Shown here: piece by piece, positions 40,930 through 50,008 of the stretch
Numbering within the stretch: the stretch's first letter is position 1
Layout of the letters: each line of letters opens with the position of its first letter
DNA from: Promethearchaeota archaeon
GTDB taxonomy: Archaea > Asgardarchaeota > Lokiarchaeia > Sigyniarchaeales > SOKP01
Direction of reading: 5' to 3'
Assembly: GCA_016839555.1 (NCBI GenBank)
Contig: JAEOUA010000003.1
Location: 416,001-480,000 of the forward strand
DNA: 64,000 nucleotides
Translations under genes and position numbers: made by a program
The notes under the pieces: model-generated
Database searches by the model: none
The model's input: the letters and a program-made list of their open reading frames with translations, nothing else
What the model was told of the DNA's origin: nothing

Positions 40930-41880
40930 ATGAAATTACCTAAAATTAGTTTAAATCTAATTAAATTTGAAAATATATTAGGAGCAGTAGGTGTAGCTAA
41001 GAGATTATTTAATATACAATTCAAAAAAGTGCCTTTTGCGGTTAACTATGACATTACGTGGGAATGTAATTTAAGATGTAAGCATTGTTATTTTTTTTCT
41101 TCTGCGGCAGAATTGGAATTTGGTGGGAAAAATACTAGAAAAGAATTATCAGATCAAGAATGGATAAATATTTTTAGATATCATAGAGAACTTGGGATTT
41201 CTAGTGCTACGATTACAGGAGGGGAACCAACCTTACGTATGAATCTTCTACATAAAGCAGTAAAAATCTTTCCCTCTGTGCAAATTGTTACAAATGGTAT
41301 AATCAAAATTCCATATTTCAAAGTGAAAAATCAACCAATACTTTGGGTAAGTTTAGATGGAAATAAGGAAATGCATAATAATATAAGAGGTGCTCCTATT
41401 TTTGATAAAGTAATTAAAAATATCCAAAATGACAAACGAGTTTATATTTCTTGCACAATAAGCTCTCAAAATTATAACCAAATTGAAAATATAGTTGAAA
41501 TTGCATATAATAACGGGGTTTCTGGGATCTTTTTTTTATGGTACACGGGATATGATAATGATCCTCTTTTATTGAAAGGAGACCCCTCCAAAACTGCGAT
41601 TCAAAAGATATTAAAGGTCATGAAGGAATATGGGGACTTTATTATTTTTTCAAAAAAAATGCTTGAATATTATATAACTAAAGAATTTGTGCCTCATTGT
41701 TGTTTTAGGAAAAAGAATAGGATTTTTAGTTATTATCCAAATGGAGAACTAAAATTTTGTGTCATGGGAAATTCCCCAAAATTATGTGAAAATTGTGGGT
41801 GTATTGTACCTGTTGCTGTGTATGCTTTAAGAAATTTTGATTCAGAAACAATTGATAAGCTAAAAAAATTTCCTTTTTAG
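40930..41880 (+). CDS. Radical SAM protein (copy 2)
   Basis: Same length as copy 1 (316 aa); about 80% identical over an 89-aa stretch I counted. Confidence 0.9.
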   Translation: MKLPKISLNLIKFENILGAVGVAKRLFNIQFKKVPFAVNYDITWECNLRCKHCYFFSSAAELEFGGKNTRKELSDQEWINIFRYHRELGISSATITGGEPTLRMNLLHKAVKIFPSVQIVTNGIIKIPYFKVKNQPILWVSLDGNKEMHNNIRGAPIFDKVIKNIQNDKRVYISCTISSQNYNQIENIVEIAYNNGVSGIFFLWYTGYDNDPLLLKGDPSKTAIQKILKVMKEYGDFIIFSKKMLEYYITKEFVPHCCFRKKNRIFSYYPNGELKFCVMGNSPKLCENCGCIVPVAVYALRNFDSETIDKLKKFPF

Positions 41881-41900
41881 ATCTTTCTGAGTTACAAACT

Positions 41901-43808
41901 TTAACCGGTCCGTTTAAATAGTTTATCTAACTCATTAAAGGAGATAAATCGAATTGTGGGTCGTCCATGAGCGCAATGAAAAGGGTCTTTGCACTGTGCT
42001 AATTCTATTAATAACTTTCGTATATCTTTTAATGATAAATCATCTCCGCCTCGAATACTTTTGTGGCAGGCGAGATAATTAATGATTTCTTCTTCAACTT
42101 CTGAGAAGCTTTTATCCTTTCCAATTTCCGTGATATCTGATATAATATCTTTAATTGACTCAATATTAATTGCTTTATTGAATATAGTTGGAATTTCTCT
42201 TAAGACAAATGTATTTCCTCCAAATGATTCAAAGGTAAACCCTAATTCTTTGATTTTATCTAAATTCTCCTCTAGATATGATTTTTCACTGGGAGATAGT
42301 TCAATTTTCAATGGAGAAATGAGTTTTTGTTTTATTTTTTTTGATGATCTATAAATCTCATACAAAAATTCTTTATTGATTCTCTCAGATGCCGCATGTT
42401 GATCCAAAATAAATAATCCTTGCTCATTTTCTTGGTTTATCCCTTCAAGCACTATGTAAATATTATTACTTAATTGTCCCGTATAGGAAATTAAGCGTAG
42501 CTTCGGAAAGTTTTCAGCAATTAAATATTTTTTTCTTAGAAATGTGTCTGAAACTTTTGCTTTTTGGCTTTTAATCATATTATCTTCCAGGTTTAATTGA
42601 ACTGAATTAATATCAATTTGAGCTTCATTATCTAAATTTCGTGTCATATTGTTTAAATCTTGTGAGAAATTTTGGATTTCTTGTGTTTGACTGCTTAATT
42701 CTTGTTGTCTATCTTCTGATAATCTATACTTATCGCTTACTTCCACATTGTTTATTTGACTTGAAGCATAATTTTGCAGATCTGTTTCAAGATATTTTGT
42801 TTCTCCTTTAACAAAGGAATCTTCTAAAAAACTCCTGATAACGTGATAAATTTTGTTATAGACAAAATCTTCATCTTCAAAACGTATTTCCAACTTTTTA
42901 GGATGAACATTAAAATCAATGACAGAAGGATCCAGTTCAAAATGAATTATGAAAAAAGGAACTCTATTGATCATCAATATTCCTTTGTATGCTTCAGAAA
43001 TTGCATCAAAAAGCAGATTACTCTTTATATAACGATTATTTAGAAAAATACTTGAACCACTTCTTCCTTTTTTGGAAATTTGGGGGTGTCCTAACAAACC
43101 ATACACATTAAATAAATAATCTTGTTCTTGGTAAGAAATTTCAGCCATGTATTTAGCTATACTTTTTCCATAAATATGAAAAGTGGTGGTTTTCAAATCA
43201 TTATTGGCAGGACAATTAAGTAATATTAGATCATTGTGTCTATAAATAAAATGTAATTCGGGATAGCACAAAGCATGTCTTTGTATAATGTCTGAGATGT
43301 GTCCCAGTTCAGTTGCATCTGATTTAAGGAATTTTTTACGAGCTGGAATATTGTAAAAAAGATTTTTTACGGTAATATTAGTTCCTATAGGAGCAGAAAC
43401 TTCTTTTTTTTCGATGATTTTTCCCCCCTCAATAATTAGCTGTGTTCCAAAAGTCTCTTCTTCTGCCCTGGAAACAATATTTATCTTGCTGATTGCTGCT
43501 ATACTAGCTAATGCTTCCCCTCGAAATCCCAGCGTATGAAGCTGTTCTAAATCTTTTATGCTTCGTATTTTATTACTAGTATGTCTCTGAAAGGCAAGTT
43601 CTAATTCCTCAGATAGGATTCCAACCCCATCATCAATAACTTGGATATAAATTTTCCCCGCTTTTTTCACAATAATCTTTATCTCTTTTGCGCCTGCATC
43701 AATGCTGTTTTCAATTAATTCTTTCACAATATTTGCAGGCCGTTCAATTACCTCACCAGCAGCGATCTTATCAGGATTTAAAATTTTTTTAATCTTTTTT
43801 CGTTTCAT
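41901..43808 (-). CDS. mutL: DNA mismatch repair endonuclease MutL
   Basis: IAAGEVIERP, GFRGEAL, DFNVHP, DQHAASE, ACH, CAHGRP. Confidence 0.97.
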   Translation of the reverse strand: MKRKKIKKILNPDKIAAGEVIERPANIVKELIENSIDAGAKEIKIIVKKAGKIYIQVIDDGVGILSEELELAFQRHTSNKIRSIKDLEQLHTLGFRGEALASIAAISKINIVSRAEEETFGTQLIIEGGKIIEKKEVSAPIGTNITVKNLFYNIPARKKFLKSDATELGHISDIIQRHALCYPELHFIYRHNDLILLNCPANNDLKTTTFHIYGKSIAKYMAEISYQEQDYLFNVYGLLGHPQISKKGRSGSSIFLNNRYIKSNLLFDAISEAYKGILMINRVPFFIIHFELDPSVIDFNVHPKKLEIRFEDEDFVYNKIYHVIRSFLEDSFVKGETKYLETDLQNYASSQINNVEVSDKYRLSEDRQQELSSQTQEIQNFSQDLNNMTRNLDNEAQIDINSVQLNLEDNMIKSQKAKVSDTFLRKKYLIAENFPKLRLISYTGQLSNNIYIVLEGINQENEQGLFILDQHAASERINKEFLYEIYRSSKKIKQKLISPLKIELSPSEKSYLEENLDKIKELGFTFESFGGNTFVLREIPTIFNKAINIESIKDIISDITEIGKDKSFSEVEEEIINYLACHKSIRGGDDLSLKDIRKLLIELAQCKDPFHCAHGRPTIRFISFNELDKLFKRTG

Positions 43809-43997
43809 TATACTTTAAGAATAACTAAACCATTCTTAGATTGATTAAATTCCATAACAATTAAATGGATACACCTTTAAAATTTAATTATTTGTACAAA
43901 AATATCTTCTTCTATAATAGAATAGAAGTTAAGTATAAAGATTAAAGTTCTTGTTAAATCTAACAAATATTTAAAAAGAAAAAATTTTGATTATAAG

Positions 43998-45086
43998 TTA
44001 TTTTCTAAATTTAATCAGAAAAAAGATAAATAATATAATTCCTATAAACGGCATACTTAAAAATAAACCTATATAGATTAAATAACCAACAAAAATAAGT
44101 AGAAAGCAAATCATAGAAAGAATAATTGATAATCCCCATGTTAAATAAATAAATTTTGGCCTTATTATTATATCAGAAAAATCTTGCTCAATCTGCTTAT
44201 TAAGTTTAATATCATTTTTATTATCTTTTTCTTCTGAATTCGTTATGTACAAGACTAATAGAAAGAAAACAATGAATAGGAAATAAATTATCAGCCCTAA
44301 CCAATTTCCGAACCTATCTGGAAAAATGAACAAAGAGGTTTTGGTATAAAGGATTATTAAATAGAAAATTATTATAAAAAATCCAATATAATTAAAATTA
44401 AGTAGCCTTATATTGAGAGTATTTCTTTTATTAACGTTTTTCAATATTAATACCACAAGTAATATTAGAGCTACTGACCCCCCAATACAAAGAGGAGCAA
44501 TTAAAGGATTAAATTCAGTTGATGCCGAAATATTTAAAGAGCCCCAAATTGTTAGAAAAATTAAAACTATTTTAGGTCCTTTTGAATTTTTTAACATTGG
44601 GAGGTGGGATAATTCTATGGATTCTTTCGATCCAGTAAATGAAAAGATAAAAATTTCAGTTATTAGGACCGGGAGCATAAAAGAAAAAATCGGATGCCAG
44701 AAAAATACTAACGTTAGAAATTCATATATAGCAAGTATTCCATTAAATCCAAACATAGCCCCTTCAGAGTCAAGATAACCATACCATAACACTTTTGTTA
44801 TAGGCCCCTCATATAAGGCAAATAAACAACCCCATAAATATAAATGTAATAATGATATTCGTTTCCATTTAAAGGCACAATTAAGATAAAAAAGGCTATG
44901 GAACATATAAAGAGGAAACGTTAATAATAAACCCCATAATTCGAGAAACCATAATTGAGAGGCGCCCGAAAAGACTTCGGCATAAAACATGCTGAGCAAT
45001 CCTAATAAAAGACTCAATCCAATTTTGGATAAAATGTCATCATTTTTTTCAGCAGCATAATCTGTTTCTTTATTATTTTTAATCAT
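43998..45086 (-). CDS. Polytopic membrane protein of unknown function
   Basis: About 10 hydrophobic segments. Confidence 0.75.
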   Translation of the reverse strand: MIKNNKETDYAAEKNDDILSKIGLSLLLGLLSMFYAEVFSGASQLWFLELWGLLLTFPLYMFHSLFYLNCAFKWKRISLLHLYLWGCLFALYEGPITKVLWYGYLDSEGAMFGFNGILAIYEFLTLVFFWHPIFSFMLPVLITEIFIFSFTGSKESIELSHLPMLKNSKGPKIVLIFLTIWGSLNISASTEFNPLIAPLCIGGSVALILLVVLILKNVNKRNTLNIRLLNFNYIGFFIIIFYLIILYTKTSLFIFPDRFGNWLGLIIYFLFIVFFLLVLYITNSEEKDNKNDIKLNKQIEQDFSDIIIRPKFIYLTWGLSIILSMICFLLIFVGYLIYIGLFLSMPFIGIILFIFFLIKFRK

Positions 45087-45345
45087 TATAAGTCTGAAAA
45101 ATAATTTTTTTGAATATATTCATAATTAAATTAATTATATATATATTTTTCATAAAAAATTCCAGTATTATTATAAAAATCTGAGTAGGATTTAATGAAT
45201 TTTTGAGTACTTTTCTCCTAAATGAGCAAAAAATCTACCCGCTTTTTACTTATAATCTACAAATTAATATTTTTCTTTTAAAATTTTTGAATGATGAAAA
45301 TTAAAGGATAAATCACTAACTTAATAGCCATCAAATTATTAGCTT

Positions 45346-46251
45346 TTAATCAAGTTTTTGATTTATTGCTTCTAAATATTGAATTGATTTTACAATTTCC
45401 TCATCCAAATCATATTGAGGGGGTAAATTTCCTATATCAATAGCAATATATCCACTAAATTTATGTTTTTTTAATGCTTTCAATGTTCCATCCCAATCAA
45501 TAGTACCTCTTCCAACTCCTAAATGTTGATTATCCCTTCCATCGTTATCAGAAGCATGGACAAAAAAAATCTTCTCTGCTAATTTTTCGACTGATAAAGG
45601 TATTAATTCTTTTTGAGCATGGAGGTGGCCGCAATCTAATACCGCTCCAAAATTGTCTGAGTTCACCCAATCAAATAATCTTAATATAGCATCAGTATTT
45701 GGGATTGATTCATGAACTCTTGGCTCTAAGCACAGCTTTAAACCTCTATTATACGCTATTTCATCACATTCTTTAATACTCTCAACCATTATGATCCAAT
45801 GGCGAGTCCAATCAAAGCTCTCTTCGACCCTAATTTTTATGGGGACATTGAATTTAATAGTATCCTCATACGGTTTTTCTGAAATATAATGTAGAGGTGG
45901 CATATGAGAGTCTAATTGAATAGTTTCGCACCCAAGAAAGTTTGCTAAATCAGCAGATTGTTCGAAAAGGTCTAAATATTTCTTCCAATCTCTACTCATT
46001 AGCTCGGGAAACACCACACACAAATTATTTACTTTTAGATCGAGTGAATTTAGGGTTTCTTTAATTAAATGTTTATTTTCTAATTCCTCTATTAAATTCT
46101 TTTTTCTCATCGCTTCCAGCTCCGTTGTATCAAATCCAAGCTTTTTAATCTGCTTTAATGCTTCTAAAATATTTTTAATATCGAAACTCTCGCCATATTT
46201 TTGAAACTTTGAGATCGCATAGAGCCAGGCGCAACAAAATTTTAGTTCCAT
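45346..46251 (-). CDS. Sugar phosphate isomerase/epimerase (xylose-isomerase-like TIM barrel)
   Basis: LEP, LDCGH, HASD, GRGTIDW. Confidence 0.85.
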   Translation of the reverse strand: MELKFCCAWLYAISKFQKYGESFDIKNILEALKQIKKLGFDTTELEAMRKKNLIEELENKHLIKETLNSLDLKVNNLCVVFPELMSRDWKKYLDLFEQSADLANFLGCETIQLDSHMPPLHYISEKPYEDTIKFNVPIKIRVEESFDWTRHWIIMVESIKECDEIAYNRGLKLCLEPRVHESIPNTDAILRLFDWVNSDNFGAVLDCGHLHAQKELIPLSVEKLAEKIFFVHASDNDGRDNQHLGVGRGTIDWDGTLKALKKHKFSGYIAIDIGNLPPQYDLDEEIVKSIQYLEAINQKLD

Positions 46252-46429
46252 ATTAATTCACATTGATTTTGTTTCTAGTGATCTGAATTGAATTAGAAAT
46301 ATAAGATTTTTTTCAAATATTAAAATTCAAGGTTTTCTTTTTTATTTTGTAAATGGATTAAATTTTATCATATATTTCATTTATAAATTCAAGAAAAAAT
46401 CTTTTGAATCAAAATAGAAGTGAGTAAAA

Positions 46430-46867
46430 ATGGCAGAAGAAATAATTGATTTAACCGAGGAGGAATTCAAATCACTCTCTGAAAAAGATAAATGGGAATT
46501 GCTAAAGTCGATCAAAAAAATTGTTCAAGATTTAAAAATTAGGGCAGATAAAAATTGTGAAGAATGCGAGAAGACCTTTTTAACTCCAGAGGATATCAAT
46601 ATTGATTTATTCTTTCAGGATTGGAGGGAATGCGCTGAGCGTTGCGATGAATGTGGCGAAGAAGAGAAAAGAAATATGTGCCAACTCCAGTTCGAGCTAA
46701 TGAATCATATTGCTAATAGTCTTTTAGATGTACAGAAGCGTCAGAATTTACTCACCCAGCTCGTGCTCAAAAGAGATCAAGTGGGTTCAAAGTTATTAAA
46801 AGAATTTATGAAAAAAACAGAAGAACTCAAAAAGAAGGATAAAAGTGTTGACGATATGTATCGTTAA
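46430..46867 (+). CDS. Cys-rich helical protein with C-terminal HbYX-like motif
   Basis: CEEC, CAERCDEC, further Cys; ends DDMYR. Confidence 0.75.
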   Translation: MAEEIIDLTEEEFKSLSEKDKWELLKSIKKIVQDLKIRADKNCEECEKTFLTPEDINIDLFFQDWRECAERCDECGEEEKRNMCQLQFELMNHIANSLLDVQKRQNLLTQLVLKRDQVGSKLLKEFMKKTEELKKKDKSVDDMYR

Positions 46868-46924
46868 CTGGTAATCGAAACTAATTTATTAACTAATGCT
46901 TACTAATTGCTGCATACATTCATA

Positions 46925-49834
46925 TTAATTCTCAAGTTCCTCTTTAAGTGTTATTAACTTTTTCATTGCTTCTACGGGAGTGATAGAATTTATATCTATA
47001 TCTTTAATAAGATTTAGAATCTCTTTTATTTTATCATCAACAACTCGTTCTTTTTTCACAATCGGTTTAAAAAAAGTGGTTTGTACCATTTTTGTTTCCT
47101 TTTCTCCTTTTTTTGAAGGAATAACAGAGGTTTTTTGAGCTTTTAATTCATCAATTTTAGCCTCTAATTGCTTAATCTGATTTTGTGTTACTTTTAAGTG
47201 TTTTTGTTTGTCTTCTAATGTTTCCACGCTCTTTCTCAATTCCTTTTGTTTGGCTTCTAACTCATCGGTAATATTTTCTAATTGTTTCTTCTTAGTATTA
47301 ATTATTTTTTCATGAAATTTTCCTGGTTCCCCATGATTTTTATGATTATTCTTTTTAATGGTTGCTTTTAGAGGATCTTCTTCTTCAATCTGTTCTAAGA
47401 TTTGGAAAGCCTTAATAATGACATCATCAGGTATTCCTGCTAACCGTGCTACGTGAATTCCATATGATTTATCTGTGCTTCCCAGTTTTAATGTGCGAAC
47501 GAAATTGATGGAGCCATCTTCATTTTCGATAATATCAAGATGATAATTTTTCACGCGTGGTAAATCAATTTCAGTAAGCTGGTGATAATGTGTACTGAAT
47601 AAAGTCTTCACCCTAATTTCATGGAGTTTTTCCAAAGTTGCGATCGCTATACTCTGCCCATCGCTGGTACTTGTGCCCCTTCCCAATTCATCAATTATGA
47701 CGAGACTTTTGGGAGTAGCATAATTTAAAATTTTAGCTGTTTCCGTCATCTCAATCATAAATGTCGATAACTTTCTCGCTAAATCATCGGAAGCACCTAT
47801 TCGTGTAAAAATTTGATCAATGATACCCAAGGTTGCGGATTTAGCGGGCACAAAACATCCCATCTGGGCAATCAAACATATCAATGCAACTTGCCTTAGA
47901 AATGTTGATTTTCCAGACATATTTGGTCCAGTAATTATAAGAATCTGCTCATTTTCTGTATCTATATAGCAATCATTTGGAATAAAACATTCAGTAATAT
48001 ACATCTGTTCAATTACCGGATGTCTCCCCTCTTTTATTACGATTTTATCGTCGTCTGTAATCTGAGGTCTGCAGTAATTATATTGTTCCGCTATTTCTGC
48101 AAAACAAGAATACACATCTATGTATGCAATATTTTTTGCTGTTTCTAAGATATATTGCACTTCCTCTTCTACTTTTGCTCTGATTTCACGAAATAGCTCA
48201 TATTCTAAATCATAAATCTTTTCTTCAGCAGAGACTATTTTTTGCTCCAATTCTTTCAATTCTTTGGTAGTATATCGCTTGGAATTCTTAAGAGTCTGAC
48301 GTTCCACATAACTGCTTGGGAGTTCCTTTATGGATTTCAAAGTATTTTTTGTGATTTGAATATAATACCCTAGAATATTGTTATGCCCCACTTTTAGTCC
48401 AGAAGTCGAATTAAATTGTGATTTTTGGGCTTGTTCGTATTCTAAGATATATTTTCTCCCATTTCTAAGGATATCTCTTAACTCATCTATTTTAGGGCTA
48501 TATCCATCCTTAATAATATTCCCTTCTTTAATGGTAGTGGGGGGATCTTCCTTTATAGAATCTGAGATAAGTGCTCTTATAGAGCTAAAATCATTGATTT
48601 GTTCTAAATATTTGGATATTTCGGGAATATCTGCTTTTGTCAATAATTCTCTAATTTTCGGAATCTTTTCAAGGGAATTTCTAATATTAATCAAATCTCT
48701 AGCATTTGTTCGATTTTCATAGGTAATACGATTGACATATCTTTCTAAATCCCCAATAATCCCTAATTTTTCTCTTAAATCAGACCTTAGAAAAATATCA
48801 TCTTTAAATTTCTGAACAATATTTAATCTATGGTTGATTTCTTCAATATCAGTAAGAGGCTGCAGAATTAATTTTTTTAATAGACGTGCCCCCATTGGAG
48901 TTCCCGTATGATTAAACACAGAATATAATGTGGCGTCCTTACCTTTTCCCCATAATGATGATATTAATTCTAAATTTCTCTGTGTAGTAAAATCTAAATG
49001 CAAAACACCCTCTTCTTTAAGCAGATTAATTTTGAATATATTGGGAATTACGTCTCGCTGAGTCTCTTTTAAAAAGGCAAGTAATCCTCCTGCTGCTTGA
49101 GTGGCCATTTTCGAACCTTCTAACCCAAATCCTTTTAAGTTTGAGATATTAAAATGTCTTTTAATAATGGTATAGGCTTCATCATAATCAAAATAATAGT
49201 CATCATAAGTTTTAATTAGTGCTTGGGTAATATCTGTAAGAAAAATAAATAATCTCTCATTTTGTTTTAACTCTGAAGGAACGATCAACTCAACCGGACT
49301 ATATCTCGCAAAGAGACTTAATAATTTCTCCATTGGATCTTTTTGATTTTCATAATATTCCGCTACGACAAATTCTCCCGTAGAAATGTCGGTAAAAGCA
49401 CATCCATATCCCTTGTTCTCCTTAACTAAAGAAGCTATATAGTTATTTTCATTTGATTTCAACATATCTGATTCTATTATGGTTCCAGGAGATAAGATTC
49501 TAACAACTCCTCGTTTCACTATTCTCCCTTTTACATCTGAAGGGTCTTCTAATTGTTCGACAATTACCACCGTCTCCCCTTTTTTTACCAGATTTTTCAA
49601 ATAGTTCCCAGAATGATGTGGTATTCCTGCTAAAGGATATTCATCATCTCCTACTTTTCTCTTGGTTAAGGTTATACCTAAAACTTTAGATACTTTTATC
49701 GCATCATCATAGAAGAATTCATAAAAATCCCCCATTCTATAGGCAACGAGATGATCTGTGTATTTCTTTTTTACACTATACCAATGTCGCATCATTGGGG
49801 TTAAATCTTTTATATTAATCTGCTCTAAAGACAT
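46925..49834 (-). CDS. mutS: DNA mismatch repair protein MutS (MutS1)
   Basis: TPMM, GDFYEFF, GPNMSGKST, STFMIEM, DELGRGT, SYGIHVARLAG. Confidence 0.97.
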   Translation of the reverse strand: MSLEQINIKDLTPMMRHWYSVKKKYTDHLVAYRMGDFYEFFYDDAIKVSKVLGITLTKRKVGDDEYPLAGIPHHSGNYLKNLVKKGETVVIVEQLEDPSDVKGRIVKRGVVRILSPGTIIESDMLKSNENNYIASLVKENKGYGCAFTDISTGEFVVAEYYENQKDPMEKLLSLFARYSPVELIVPSELKQNERLFIFLTDITQALIKTYDDYYFDYDEAYTIIKRHFNISNLKGFGLEGSKMATQAAGGLLAFLKETQRDVIPNIFKINLLKEEGVLHLDFTTQRNLELISSLWGKGKDATLYSVFNHTGTPMGARLLKKLILQPLTDIEEINHRLNIVQKFKDDIFLRSDLREKLGIIGDLERYVNRITYENRTNARDLINIRNSLEKIPKIRELLTKADIPEISKYLEQINDFSSIRALISDSIKEDPPTTIKEGNIIKDGYSPKIDELRDILRNGRKYILEYEQAQKSQFNSTSGLKVGHNNILGYYIQITKNTLKSIKELPSSYVERQTLKNSKRYTTKELKELEQKIVSAEEKIYDLEYELFREIRAKVEEEVQYILETAKNIAYIDVYSCFAEIAEQYNYCRPQITDDDKIVIKEGRHPVIEQMYITECFIPNDCYIDTENEQILIITGPNMSGKSTFLRQVALICLIAQMGCFVPAKSATLGIIDQIFTRIGASDDLARKLSTFMIEMTETAKILNYATPKSLVIIDELGRGTSTSDGQSIAIATLEKLHEIRVKTLFSTHYHQLTEIDLPRVKNYHLDIIENEDGSINFVRTLKLGSTDKSYGIHVARLAGIPDDVIIKAFQILEQIEEEDPLKATIKKNNHKNHGEPGKFHEKIINTKKKQLENITDELEAKQKELRKSVETLEDKQKHLKVTQNQIKQLEAKIDELKAQKTSVIPSKKGEKETKMVQTTFFKPIVKKERVVDDKIKEILNLIKDIDINSITPVEAMKKLITLKEELEN

Positions 49835-50008
49835 TATTCAATACATTAATAATTTCTATAGCTATTTAAAATTCTTTAATAAAGCTATAACAAATTAGTA
49901 TTTATAAATAAAAAGACTGAAAGAAATTTTAATTTTCATTAATGTTTGAAGATCTTATGAGTAAAAATGATATTTTATATGAAAATAAAGGAAGAATTAA
50001 TTTTATCT

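Noticed and set aside
46430-46867. CX3CX2C read as a radical SAM enzyme
   Set aside because: Protein is too short and helical, with no TIM-barrel or GGE motif
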